Origin: Candidatus Dojkabacteria bacterium
Lineage (GTDB): Bacteria; Patescibacteriota; Dojkabacteria; SC72
Length of the DNA stretch: 64,000 nucleotides
Assembly: GCA_050950165.1 (NCBI GenBank)
Contig: JBMNHC010000001.1
Location: forward strand, 657,073 to 721,072
Direction of reading: 5' to 3'
The notes beneath the pieces are model-generated. The model was given only the letters and a program-made list of their open reading frames with translations, was not told the origin of the DNA and ran no database searches. This document shows, piece after piece, positions 46,667 to 56,793 of the stretch. A program made the translations under genes and the position numbers. Positions within the stretch are counted from its first letter, which is position 1. Each line of letters starts with the position of its first letter.

Positions 46667-49090
46667 ATGAAAAGAATAATTACTTTTAAAAAATACTTTT
46701 TCTATCCACTTCTCGCTATATTTTTCTTAATCATCTCTTTTTTCATTATCAACTTAAATGGTTCTGTAGAAAAAGTATCTGCACAAACATGTCCTCCAGG
46801 TTGCTATTGGAATTCAGGATTTCAAACGTGTACTGGTCCTGGAGGTTGTAGACCAAAAGGAAGTGGTTGCTACAGTGGCGAAGAGGATTGGGGAGCCTAT
46901 TGTTGTGATCCATGCACAGCTAGTTGTGGAACCTGTGGAAACTGTGACCCATATACAAACCCAGGATGTCCTGCCAACTACGGTAGTACTAATACTGGTT
47001 GTTCTTCTACTTCTATCTCCTGTACTAGATATGATGATTGTGGTGCCTGTGGTACTACATCTGGAACATGTTGGCTATTTAAATATACTCTAGCGTATGC
47101 AGCATCTACTGGTGGAAGTCTTTCTGGGACAACATCTCAAAGTGTTTGTAGAGGAAGTAATGGTACTGCGGTTACTGCAAATCCAAGTTCAGGATACTAC
47201 TTTAGAATTTGGAGTGACAATGTAACCTCTAACCCAAGAACAGATACCAATGTTACTGCGAATAAGAGTGTAACTGCTTACTTCAATGGATATCCAACAG
47301 CACCCACATCACTACTTGCTGAAGGAGCTGCCAACCCCACCAGAGTAACAGATACTACACCTGAGTTTAGTGCAATATACAATGACCCTGCTCCTGCTAC
47401 AAACGCTACACACTACAGAATACAGGTAAATACCAACTCATCATTTTCTGGAACAATGATGTGGGATTCTGGACAAACCTCTGTTTCAGCAATCGCTAAT
47501 GGTACTAGATCTCCAGATATATCATACGCTGGTACTGCACTCTCGCTAAATGGTGCAACATATTACTGGAGAATACACTTCTGGGATAGTTATGGAGCTA
47601 TGGGAGCTTGGTCTGCTACTGCACAATTTACTATGAATACTCCACCTTCTAGTCCTACATCACTTCAAGCAGAAGGAGCAACTAATCCTACAGGTGTAAC
47701 AGATACAAGACCAGAGTTTAGAGCAATATTCCAAGATCCAAATACAGGAGATACAGGAAATTACTATGAAATTAATGTAAATACTAACTCATCATTTACT
47801 GGTACTGTAATGTGGAACAGTGGACAGGTAGCAATGACAGCAACAAATATTGGTTCGTACAGTCCATATATTGAATATGCTGGAACAAATCCTTTAGCTT
47901 TAAATGGTACAACATACTACTGGAGAATTAGATTTACAGACAACAATGGAACAGTAGGAGCTTGGTCTGCTACTGCACAATTTACTATGAATACTCCACC
48001 TTCCGCAAACGATCCGAAGGTTAATAACCTAGTTAATCCTACTGGAGTTATCACATTAACACCTAGTTTTACAGCAGCCTTTCAAGATACAGATACAGGA
48101 GATACAGGAAATTACTATGAAATTAATGTAAATACTAACTCATCATTTACTGGTACTGTAATGTGGAATAGTGGGCAACAATCTGTTTCTCCCATAGCTA
48201 TAGGGGCAACATCACCAGCAATAACGTATGGTGGTACTGCACTCTCTTACAATGGAGCTACTTACTACTGGAGAATTAGATTTACAGATAACAATGGAAC
48301 TGTAGGTTCATGGTCTGCTACTGCACAGTTTACTATGAATTCCAATCCATCGTCACCTACTAACTTACTCACAGAGGGTCTAACTAATCCACAAAATGTT
48401 TCAGATATGACACCAGAATTTAGTGCAATATTCCAAGACAGTGATAGTGGGAATACTGGTATATACTATCAAATACATGTAAATACTAACTCTTCATTTA
48501 CTGGAACTAGTATGTGGGATAGTGGAAAAACAAGTATGAGCCCAACAGCCATAGGAGCAAGATCTCCAGACATATCATATGCTGGTACTACACTTACACA
48601 AAGTGGAGAGATATATTACTGGAGAATTAAATTCTGGGATAACTTAAATGTAGAAGGAGAATGGTCTGCAGTAGCTAACTTTAGAGTACAGAGAGCACCC
48701 AATGCACCAACCTCATTGCAGGTAGATGGGTTAACTAATCCTGGATATGTACTCACTTTAACTCCCAATTTCTCTGCAAGATACAACGATGTAAATGGAC
48801 ATGCTGCTACTGCATATGAAATTAATGTTAATACTGCTAATGATTTTTCAGGTACTGTTATGTGGAACTCAGGCAAACAAACTACATCAGTAACAGAAGG
48901 CTCAAGATCTCCAAACTATACATATGCAGGAACGGCTCTACAATCAGATGACACTACATATTACTGGAGGATTAGATTCTGGGATAGTGATGATTTACAG
49001 GGAGATTGGAGTGCTACAAATACTTTTGTTTCTAGATTAAATAGACAACTATTAAAAGGGCTACAGTTAAAAGGATTGAGAGTCAACTAA
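46667..49090 (+). CDS. Large secreted protein: Cys-rich N-terminal module followed by five tandem FN3-like (rhamnosidase-N-like) repeats.
   Basis: N-terminal TM/signal; 30 Cys in the first 120 residues after it; five repeats of about 117 aa carrying YYWRIRF...G.WSA...F. Confidence 0.65.
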   Translation: MKRIITFKKYFFYPLLAIFFLIISFFIINLNGSVEKVSAQTCPPGCYWNSGFQTCTGPGGCRPKGSGCYSGEEDWGAYCCDPCTASCGTCGNCDPYTNPGCPANYGSTNTGCSSTSISCTRYDDCGACGTTSGTCWLFKYTLAYAASTGGSLSGTTSQSVCRGSNGTAVTANPSSGYYFRIWSDNVTSNPRTDTNVTANKSVTAYFNGYPTAPTSLLAEGAANPTRVTDTTPEFSAIYNDPAPATNATHYRIQVNTNSSFSGTMMWDSGQTSVSAIANGTRSPDISYAGTALSLNGATYYWRIHFWDSYGAMGAWSATAQFTMNTPPSSPTSLQAEGATNPTGVTDTRPEFRAIFQDPNTGDTGNYYEINVNTNSSFTGTVMWNSGQVAMTATNIGSYSPYIEYAGTNPLALNGTTYYWRIRFTDNNGTVGAWSATAQFTMNTPPSANDPKVNNLVNPTGVITLTPSFTAAFQDTDTGDTGNYYEINVNTNSSFTGTVMWNSGQQSVSPIAIGATSPAITYGGTALSYNGATYYWRIRFTDNNGTVGSWSATAQFTMNSNPSSPTNLLTEGLTNPQNVSDMTPEFSAIFQDSDSGNTGIYYQIHVNTNSSFTGTSMWDSGKTSMSPTAIGARSPDISYAGTTLTQSGEIYYWRIKFWDNLNVEGEWSAVANFRVQRAPNAPTSLQVDGLTNPGYVLTLTPNFSARYNDVNGHAATAYEINVNTANDFSGTVMWNSGKQTTSVTEGSRSPNYTYAGTALQSDDTTYYWRIRFWDSDDLQGDWSATNTFVSRLNRQLLKGLQLKGLRVN
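47290..49035 (+). repeat. Five tandem coding repeats, period about 351 bp (117 aa). Repeats 2 and 3 are near-identical at the DNA level.
   Basis: Exact DNA repeats, e.g. 47607..47649 = 47958..48000 and 47741..47811 = 48093..48163. Confidence 0.7.
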
Positions 49091-49114
49091 TCATATGGTA
49101 AAATCAACAGATTT

Positions 49115-49188
49115 CGGGGAGTAGTTCAGTTGGCTAGAACGCTGCGTTTGGGACGCAGAGGCCGCAGGTTCAAGTCCTGTCTCCCCGA
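49115..49188 (+). tRNA. tRNA-Pro (anticodon UGG); CCA not encoded.
   Basis: Acceptor cggggag/ctccccg, anticodon stem ctgcg/cgcag with loop ttTGGga, T-arm gcagg-ttcaagt-cctgt. Confidence 0.85.
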
Positions 49189-49275
49189 TCCCGCTAGCTT
49201 ATAGTGGGAGAAGATTATCTTGTAGTTAAAGATTCGATACTTCTAAAAAGATAACATTATTTTATAATAACTAAT

Positions 49276-49680
49276 ATGGCGATAATTTATTACAAATTTA
49301 AAAGACCAATAAATATAGATAACATCTCGGAAACAGAATTAGAAACATGCCTACTTTTTGCTACTCCCCAAAATATTCCTCCTGGCTTCTTAATCAATAT
49401 TACTCCAGAAGGATGCGAGGAAGAGCATATGCTTGAAACCAAAAGCGACCCTTACAGCACTCGTGAGGACACTATTGCAAAAGTTACAATTGTAAGAAAA
49501 TTAGGAGGAGCAGACTCTAGTCCTGAAGCACGCGAGCAATTACCAGTTGCAACAGAAGCTGAACAGACCTCTTTTACCATTGATGCTAGCAATACACTTC
49601 TTCTTCTTTCGAGATCTTATACCCTAGAAGGAAGAGAGGAAAATTTTGTAGATGGTGTTGTACGATACAAACCTAGTTAA
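49276..49680 (+). CDS. Hypothetical 134-aa ORF with locally elevated GC, immediately downstream of tRNA-Pro.
   Basis: ORF only. Composition differs from the flanks (visibly more G/C in 49380..49620). Confidence 0.3.
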   Translation: MAIIYYKFKRPINIDNISETELETCLLFATPQNIPPGFLINITPEGCEEEHMLETKSDPYSTREDTIAKVTIVRKLGGADSSPEAREQLPVATEAEQTSFTIDASNTLLLLSRSYTLEGREENFVDGVVRYKPS

Positions 49681-49714
49681 TAACTCCCCTGTTAACAAGA
49701 TTCTCTTCATCTAA

Positions 49715-51844
49715 CTACTTTCTGATAAATATTCCTTGTGCACTCTGCAAAGTAAAATCTTCACCATATATACTCTCATTACTCTCTTCTCTTCTGTACT
49801 GGAATCTGCCTAACTCATATGACCATGTCGCTACTGTATCAATATCTATACTACTTTTTTCTAATTTAGAAATTAGACCAGACGCACTACGAGCATTAGT
49901 ATAAAGAGAACCACCAACTAAATTCCATCCCTGGGAAGGCTGTGCATATGTACTACTTGAATCTCTCCAGCCATCTACCTCTAAAACAATATCTGCACTA
50001 GAGACAATTAGATATCCTTTGGATTGAACTAAGCTAAAGTCATTTCCAGCAAAAGGTAAATCTGCTGATCGTTTAACTAAACTCTTCCAATCATACGCTT
50101 CGAAATCTCCAACAAGCTCTATTGAACTATTTTTAGAAAGAAGTACCGATGCTAGCATAGGGGAAGTTTGATGGAGAGGAGAGAAATCAAACCCTACAAA
50201 ATTTACACCCTTTTTAAGAACAATCTTGTATACAGAGATACTATTTCTAGCTTCACAAGCACTCTGAGTATTTACATCTTTTAGAAAATCCTCCCCTATA
50301 CTCTTAGAAAGCCACTGATATTTAGCATCTCTAAAAAAACAAGCCTTGTTATCTACTAACTCCTTACACTCCTGAAATGTAGATGCCGATGGAATAGGGG
50401 ATTGGCAAGACTCTTTAGGATACCATTTTATATCACTGGGTAGTTGGCAACAAACCCCTTCATACTCTACTTCACAAGCATTCTCTACTCGCCCCTTTAT
50501 CTCAACAGAGTACTCTAGTACTCCTCCGAAAAGAGGCCTACCACTTTGCCACACTTCAGAACAACTTTTACCTTGTGCATTATTCTCATAGTCTCCTCTG
50601 AACTTCTCTTGATTAGATATCTTTAATGCACAGCACAGTGGTCCAGATGGAGCACTCCACTGACCTCCAGAAGTATCTTGATTCCCTTCTTGGGATTTGG
50701 GTAACCCTACTACTTGAGAAGGAAGTTTCCTACCATTTGTTACTAATCCGTAAACAGACTCTATCGCTTTGTAATAGTCAATTCCTACCTGTCGTTTAAC
50801 AGGATCATCTGTATTGCAACTTCCCCACCTATACATATTTCCCCACGCTTCCCAGAATGAAAGACCTGGACAGTTATACTCAAACTTTAATTTTAGAAAA
50901 TACTCTATCTGTGCATTAAAATCCTGTGGAGGTGCAGATCCCTGCCCATGTATACCGAAATCTTCAATCATACCCATCAGTGAAGAGTTATGAGTATAGT
51001 TACTAGCTCCAGATTCATTAAGCCAAATCGTTAATGCAAAAGCAGGATCTACCCCTTCTCTCTTTGCTCGATATATTACATCATTAAAACACTCTAATGC
51101 ATGATGCTTACCCCTTGAGGCTGTCCACCTAGTTGCTAAATCTGCAAACTGTTCTTTTGTTAAACCATCAATAGATTGAGCAGGAACTTTCTGATTACAA
51201 TTAATATCACTAGCAAAAACAGAGTTGTTAGACACACTTGATAGATTGCTTAAATATTTAATATCCTCTACCTCAAAGCTATCTCCCTGCTCTACAATAC
51301 CTCCCAAATCTATAACTCCTCCACCAAACCTATTCGTTAAAACACTCCTTATCTCCCTCTTACCATCTCCTTGTACAACAACATACACTATCTCATTGGG
51401 TAAACCCTTTACCTCCTCAGCCAATGGCAAGGCTATCTCTTCTTCCTCTTCTTTTGTGTTAAAAACAAAATCTTCTACTAGGTATTGCTCTAAATTGCTA
51501 CTATTTTTAATCAAAACCTCTTCCCATACCCTACCTTCTCCATCTGATATCTTAAAAGTATACCTGCTTTGAGGCTTCAATCCTCTTAACACCACCCTAT
51601 GAAACCTCTCTAGATTTTCACTACCCCACTCTTTCTCACTCTCTCCAATTCTAAGGTAAGAGGGAAGTTCTTTTTTTGTTTTCCATGATACTGTTGCTGA
51701 ATCAGATTTTATATCTGAAAGAATTACATCATACGGAGAGTTATTTACATACTCCCTATACTTAAAATATCTAAATCCTGCAAATGAAAGAAGTAGTAAA
51801 GAAAAAAGTATTCCTAAAGATATGGTTACTGTTTTTTTCTTCAT
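49715..51844 (-). CDS. Large (709 aa) secreted protein with an FN3-like N-terminal domain and a possible lysozyme-like/SLT-like central domain.
   Basis: Signal/TM; SATVSWKTK...YTFKI FN3-like; ALTIWLNESGASNYTHNSSLMGM resembles the lytic transglycosylase E-S...GLMQ motif. Confidence 0.55.
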   Translation of the reverse strand: MKKKTVTISLGILFSLLLLSFAGFRYFKYREYVNNSPYDVILSDIKSDSATVSWKTKKELPSYLRIGESEKEWGSENLERFHRVVLRGLKPQSRYTFKISDGEGRVWEEVLIKNSSNLEQYLVEDFVFNTKEEEEEIALPLAEEVKGLPNEIVYVVVQGDGKREIRSVLTNRFGGGVIDLGGIVEQGDSFEVEDIKYLSNLSSVSNNSVFASDINCNQKVPAQSIDGLTKEQFADLATRWTASRGKHHALECFNDVIYRAKREGVDPAFALTIWLNESGASNYTHNSSLMGMIEDFGIHGQGSAPPQDFNAQIEYFLKLKFEYNCPGLSFWEAWGNMYRWGSCNTDDPVKRQVGIDYYKAIESVYGLVTNGRKLPSQVVGLPKSQEGNQDTSGGQWSAPSGPLCCALKISNQEKFRGDYENNAQGKSCSEVWQSGRPLFGGVLEYSVEIKGRVENACEVEYEGVCCQLPSDIKWYPKESCQSPIPSASTFQECKELVDNKACFFRDAKYQWLSKSIGEDFLKDVNTQSACEARNSISVYKIVLKKGVNFVGFDFSPLHQTSPMLASVLLSKNSSIELVGDFEAYDWKSLVKRSADLPFAGNDFSLVQSKGYLIVSSADIVLEVDGWRDSSSTYAQPSQGWNLVGGSLYTNARSASGLISKLEKSSIDIDTVATWSYELGRFQYRREESNESIYGEDFTLQSAQGIFIRK

Positions 51845-52557
51845 TATCTCTCAGCTAATATTAAATAGATGGTAGGTAAATCTAATATATTTATATCCTT
51901 TCTCTTTTTCCACTCCCCTATCTTATCAGTTTTAATACTCTCTTGCTCCCCTGTTATATCTCTTGCTACACAAAGAAGAGTACCACTATTACAAACAGCT
52001 AGAATATCATTAAAAAGAACCCTATTCCTATACGGAGCCTCTATGAATATCTGAGTCATATTCTTTCTTGCAGACTCTCTCTCTAACCTCTTTATTCTCC
52101 CCCTTCTTCTCTCTGCTTCTTTAGGAAGATATCCTGAGAATGAGAAAGACTGACCATTTAAACCAGAGGCTGAAAGAGCAAGCACTATTGAAGAGGGTCC
52201 TACAAGAGGAACTACTTCAATCCCCACCCTGTGACACTCTCTAACCAGTAGCGCACCTGGATCTGCAATACCAGGAGTACCTGCATCACTCATTAATCCT
52301 ACATTAAATCCCTCTACAAGTGGCGTAAGTAAGGTTTGAATATCCTTTTTTCTAGTATGCTCATCTAATATCTGCATATTTAACTCTTGTAGTACAATAC
52401 CCATTCCAGAGAGTGCAAATCTAGCACTCTTAGGTGTTTCCACTATGAAGTGTTTTAATCTCTTCACTATCTCCAAATCTCTCTCTCTTAGTTCATCTTT
52501 CAATATTCTTTTGCTTAGAGATGTTGGTATTAAGTAAAGAGTACCAAAATTTTTCAT
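51844..52557 (-). CDS. Tetrapyrrole-methylase-fold SAM-dependent methyltransferase, RsmI-like.
   Basis: GTLYLIPTSL N-terminus and SDAGTPGIADPG motif. Confidence 0.7.
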   Translation of the reverse strand: MKNFGTLYLIPTSLSKRILKDELRERDLEIVKRLKHFIVETPKSARFALSGMGIVLQELNMQILDEHTRKKDIQTLLTPLVEGFNVGLMSDAGTPGIADPGALLVRECHRVGIEVVPLVGPSSIVLALSASGLNGQSFSFSGYLPKEAERRRGRIKRLERESARKNMTQIFIEAPYRNRVLFNDILAVCNSGTLLCVARDITGEQESIKTDKIGEWKKRKDINILDLPTIYLILAER

Positions 52558-54345
52558 TTAATATGTTCTATCAAAATTCATATCAATATCACTCAAGCTC
52601 ATTTTCCACACAACAGGTCTTCCGTGTGGACAGCTATACGGATTTTTACACTCAACTAAACTGTTGTATATATCTAGCATCTCTTCTCTCCTTAACTTCT
52701 GTCCACTTCTTACACTAGTATGACAAGCCATAGTTGCATAGATATCTTCTCTAAGTCTCTCTAATTCATTAGATATATTCTCAATATCATCAGTAAGGGC
52801 AAATACCTCTTCAAAGAGTTTCTTAAAATCTGCATCTAAAAACTCTACAGGAGTAGAACTAACTAAAACTTTACTTCCCTTCAGTTCATACTCAAAACCT
52901 AACTCATTAAAAAATTCCTTTGTTTGCTTCATTCCCTCTATCTCTAAAGTAGAGAGTGTAATCTCAAACGGAACTAAAAACTTCTGCCTCTCTATCCCTG
53001 TTCTGTTTTTTAGTTTCTCAAACGTAATCCTCTCTGCAGCTGCATGCTGATCTATAACCCAGAGAGTATCTTCGCTAAATTCTACTACAATATATTTATT
53101 AAATATCTGAAAAATATCTCTTACAGACAATTTCTCTTCTTTCTGAGGAATATATTCTTCTAAACCCTTACTACTAAAAGAAGGAGCTAGTGCTTCCTTA
53201 GTAAAAAGTAAACTGTCTTGTACTGAATCTTTACCTCTTTTGCCTACATATATGTCCATGGGGGCATACTGCTTTGGTAAAGGCATTACAGGCTCTCTAC
53301 TAGCTTCTTTTCTGTATGAGGTAGCACTCTCTAAAGATTTCTTAACTGCTTGTTCTACAGCAATGTATACCCTAAAGGGATTAAGAAATCTTACTTCCTC
53401 TTTCCTAGGATGAACATTTACATCTACTAACTTAGAATCTATATCTAAAAGGAGTATGAAAGGGACTCTTTGGCCTGAAGGAATATATCTTGCAAACCCT
53501 TGATATATTGCTCTGTTAACTCCGCTATCTCTAACAGGTCTTCTATTAACAAAAAGATACTGATTAGCAGATCCTTTCTGATGCAAAGAGGGATGTCCTA
53601 CAAACCCAGTAATCTTTAGTCCTGCTCCATCGGAGTAAACCTTTAGCATATTCTTTACAAACTCACCACTTAATACCTCTTTAACTCTTCTCTCATCAAT
53701 ATCTCCTTCCTTACTTGAGGGAATCTCTTTCAAATCAAAGATCTTTTTACCATCCTTAATTAAAACAAAATGAATATTTGGATATATTAAAAAGTATGGA
53801 ATTAGAACCTCTAATATCTTCTTGTACTCTGTATCTGCACTCTTAAGAAATTTCTTTCTAGCAGGAACCCTCTCAAACAGATTCTCTACAACAACTACTG
53901 TACCTTGCTCTTTAGCACTACTCTTTACTACCTTCTCATTCTTACTTGTAAGCGATACAGAAGCCCCAATCTCTTCATTAATATATTTAGATGATATCTC
54001 TACAGTAGAAACAGAAGATATTGTAGAGAGTGCCTCACCTCTAAAACCCATTGTTAAGAGTGAGTTTAAATCTTCAAAAGTAGATATTTTAGAAGTAGTA
54101 TGTGAATCAAAAATATACTCTAAATTCTCCTTAGGAATTCCTATACCGTTATCTCCTACCCTAATCTTTTTCATTCCACCCATTTCAATCTCTACCTCTA
54201 TTCTAGTTGCCTTTGCATCAATACAGTTGTCTACAAGCTCTTTAACTACAGATGCAGGTCTCTCTACAACCTCACCAGCAGCTATCTTGTTAACTAACTC
54301 TTGAGGTAATCTTTTTAATACAACTTTATCTTCCATACAAAACAT
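52558..54345 (-). CDS. mutL: DNA mismatch repair protein MutL.
   Basis: GHKL ATPase motifs NKIAAGEVVERPASVVKELVDNCIDA and GDNGIGI. Confidence 0.9.
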   Translation of the reverse strand: MFCMEDKVVLKRLPQELVNKIAAGEVVERPASVVKELVDNCIDAKATRIEVEIEMGGMKKIRVGDNGIGIPKENLEYIFDSHTTSKISTFEDLNSLLTMGFRGEALSTISSVSTVEISSKYINEEIGASVSLTSKNEKVVKSSAKEQGTVVVVENLFERVPARKKFLKSADTEYKKILEVLIPYFLIYPNIHFVLIKDGKKIFDLKEIPSSKEGDIDERRVKEVLSGEFVKNMLKVYSDGAGLKITGFVGHPSLHQKGSANQYLFVNRRPVRDSGVNRAIYQGFARYIPSGQRVPFILLLDIDSKLVDVNVHPRKEEVRFLNPFRVYIAVEQAVKKSLESATSYRKEASREPVMPLPKQYAPMDIYVGKRGKDSVQDSLLFTKEALAPSFSSKGLEEYIPQKEEKLSVRDIFQIFNKYIVVEFSEDTLWVIDQHAAAERITFEKLKNRTGIERQKFLVPFEITLSTLEIEGMKQTKEFFNELGFEYELKGSKVLVSSTPVEFLDADFKKLFEEVFALTDDIENISNELERLREDIYATMACHTSVRSGQKLRREEMLDIYNSLVECKNPYSCPHGRPVVWKMSLSDIDMNFDRTY

Positions 54346-54383
54346 TTTAACACAGAAAGGATATATTCTGTTAAAATCTATGC

Positions 54384-56351
54384 ATGATTGAAGAAAAGTT
54401 CAAATTAGAAAGCAAATTTACTCCATCAAAGGACCAGAGTTTAGCTATTAACTCACTAGTACAAAATTTAAAAGAAGGAAGTAAAAGACAGGTATTACTA
54501 GGAACAACAGGCTCAGGTAAAACCTTTGTAATGGCTCACGTTATTCAAAATTTGCAGAGACCTACACTAGTACTCTCTCATAACAAGACATTAGCAGCAC
54601 AACTCTATGAAGAGTTTAAGGAATTTTTTCCTAACAATGCAGTAAAATATTTCGTCTCCTACTATGATTACTACTTACCAGAATCATATATCCCTGCAAG
54701 AGATCTGTATATAGAGAAGGAATCGGAAGTTAACAAAGAGATTGAAAAACTAAGATACAGTGCTATGAATGCTGCTAGAACAAGAAGAGATACCATTGTA
54801 GTAGCTTCTGTATCTTGTATTTACAATATTGGGAGTCCAGATAACTATGAAAACAGAAGTATGGAGATACGTATTGGTCAAAATATCGATATCTCTACAT
54901 TAACTAATCAACTTACATTCCTTAGATATGAAAGAGAGAGTACTGACTTGATATCTGGAACTTTCATCATACGAGGTGATACTGTAGATATATATATGCC
55001 GTATGAAGAATTTCCCATTCGTATTGAGTTTTGGGGTAACGAGATAGAGAATATTGCGTATATAGATGGTATATCCAAACAGGAAATTGCTAAGGTAGAC
55101 AACCTAGATATATTTCCTGCTACACCACTTGTATATGATGCAGACACTATGGCCAAAGCTATCGAGGGTATTGAGAGAGATTTAGAAAAGAGAGTATCTT
55201 TTCTTAAAAATATTAAAAAGGATTTAGAAGCGCATAGGTTAGAGCAGAAAACTAAATATGATATTGAGATGATGAAAGAGATAGGGTACTGCAAGAGTAT
55301 GGAGAACTACTCAATATATTTCGATGGCAGAAGACCTGGCGAGCCTCCGTATACCCTACTGGATTACTTTCCAAAGAATTACATGCTCTTTGTTGATGAA
55401 TCACATATCACAGTTCCACAATTAGAGGGTATGTACAATGGAGATAGGGCAAGAAAAACCAATTTAATTGAATATGGATTTAGATTACCTACAGCATATG
55501 ACAACAGACCTCTGAACTTTAGTGAGTTTAGAAAGAAACAAACAGACACAATATATTACTCTGCTACACCTAGTGAGTGGGAGATTAGGGATAGCTCTAA
55601 CAAGGTAGTAGAGCTTCTAACTAGGCCAACAGGTCTTTTAGATCCCTCTGTAGAGATAAGGGAGACTAAAAATCAGATAGATGATCTAATTAAAGAGGTA
55701 AGAGAGAATGTAGAGAGAAAAGAAAGAGTATTAATTACTACATTAACTAAGAGAATGGCAGAAGACTTAACAGAATATCTTAAGGATTACGACCTTAAGG
55801 TAGCATATCTTCACTCAGAGATAGATACAATTGAAAGAGTAGAGATACTCAGAGATTTAAGATTAGGAGAATACGATGTTCTAGTAGGTATTAACTTACT
55901 AAGAGAGGGTATTGATCTTCCAGAAGTTTCTTTAGTAATCATTTTAGATGCAGACAAGGAAGGTTTTTTAAGATCTAAAACTAGCTTAATTCAAACCATC
56001 GGTAGAGCAGCTAGACATGTGAATGGAAGAGTTATTATGTACGCAGACAAAGAAACAGAAAGTATGAAGTATGCAATTGAAGAAACTAACAGGAGAAGAG
56101 CTTATCAAGAGAAGTATAACAGAGAGAATAATATTATACCTAAATCAATTAAAAAAGAGATTAGAGACCCACTTGTAGAAAAAGAGATTATGGAGAAAAA
56201 AGCTTTAGATATTGAAGTAGAAAAGCTATCTGAAAGACAGAGAACATTAATGAAGAAAGATCTTAAAGAGAAAATGCTTCTTGCAGCAGAGAATCTACAG
56301 TTTGAGAAAGCAGCAGAGATTAGAGATAAAATAAAAGAGCTGAGTATTTAG
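54384..56351 (+). CDS. uvrB: Excinuclease ABC subunit B.
   Basis: GTTGSGKTF Walker A, beta-hairpin region, DESH box, and a C-terminal UVR domain (QFEKAAEIRDKI). Confidence 0.95.
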   Translation: MIEEKFKLESKFTPSKDQSLAINSLVQNLKEGSKRQVLLGTTGSGKTFVMAHVIQNLQRPTLVLSHNKTLAAQLYEEFKEFFPNNAVKYFVSYYDYYLPESYIPARDLYIEKESEVNKEIEKLRYSAMNAARTRRDTIVVASVSCIYNIGSPDNYENRSMEIRIGQNIDISTLTNQLTFLRYERESTDLISGTFIIRGDTVDIYMPYEEFPIRIEFWGNEIENIAYIDGISKQEIAKVDNLDIFPATPLVYDADTMAKAIEGIERDLEKRVSFLKNIKKDLEAHRLEQKTKYDIEMMKEIGYCKSMENYSIYFDGRRPGEPPYTLLDYFPKNYMLFVDESHITVPQLEGMYNGDRARKTNLIEYGFRLPTAYDNRPLNFSEFRKKQTDTIYYSATPSEWEIRDSSNKVVELLTRPTGLLDPSVEIRETKNQIDDLIKEVRENVERKERVLITTLTKRMAEDLTEYLKDYDLKVAYLHSEIDTIERVEILRDLRLGEYDVLVGINLLREGIDLPEVSLVIILDADKEGFLRSKTSLIQTIGRAARHVNGRVIMYADKETESMKYAIEETNRRRAYQEKYNRENNIIPKSIKKEIRDPLVEKEIMEKKALDIEVEKLSERQRTLMKKDLKEKMLLAAENLQFEKAAEIRDKIKELSI

Positions 56352-56386
56352 CTCAGCCCTTCTAATTTCAATATTTTTAATACTGA

Positions 56387-56680
56387 TTACCTGTAGAAAT
56401 CATCCTTTCTACCTTCTCTATCGTTATGCTCTCGAGGAGGCCTTGCAATAGAGACATTGATAGCTCTTCCGTCAACCTCTTTACCATTTAACTGGTCGAT
56501 AGCTGCTTGTGCTAACTCTTCAGTAGCCATAGTGACAAAACCAAATCCTTTGGATCTGTTCTTGAACTTGTCTACTATAACCTTTGCTTCAGTCACTTCT
56601 CCTACTTCAGAGAAGATCTCTAACAAAGATTGATCTGTTGTAGACCATGGAAGGTTTCCAACAAACAATTTGTTCTCCAT
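56387..56680 (-). CDS. RRM-type RNA-binding protein.
   Basis: RNP2 LFVGNL and RNP1 KGFGFVTM. Confidence 0.8.
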   Translation of the reverse strand: MENKLFVGNLPWSTTDQSLLEIFSEVGEVTEAKVIVDKFKNRSKGFGFVTMATEELAQAAIDQLNGKEVDGRAINVSIARPPREHNDREGRKDDFYR

Positions 56681-56793
56681 TTATATATAAATAAAAAATA
56701 AAAAGACTACGGATAAGCACTACCTAAAGGTAACCTACACAGGGTATTATGACTAATACCTTTCTTAACATAGACATTTATATTATACCACAT

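Noticed and set aside
56339-56357. Short 6-bp hairpin overlapping the uvrB stop, considered as a terminator.
   Set aside because: The stem is too short and weak to call confidently.
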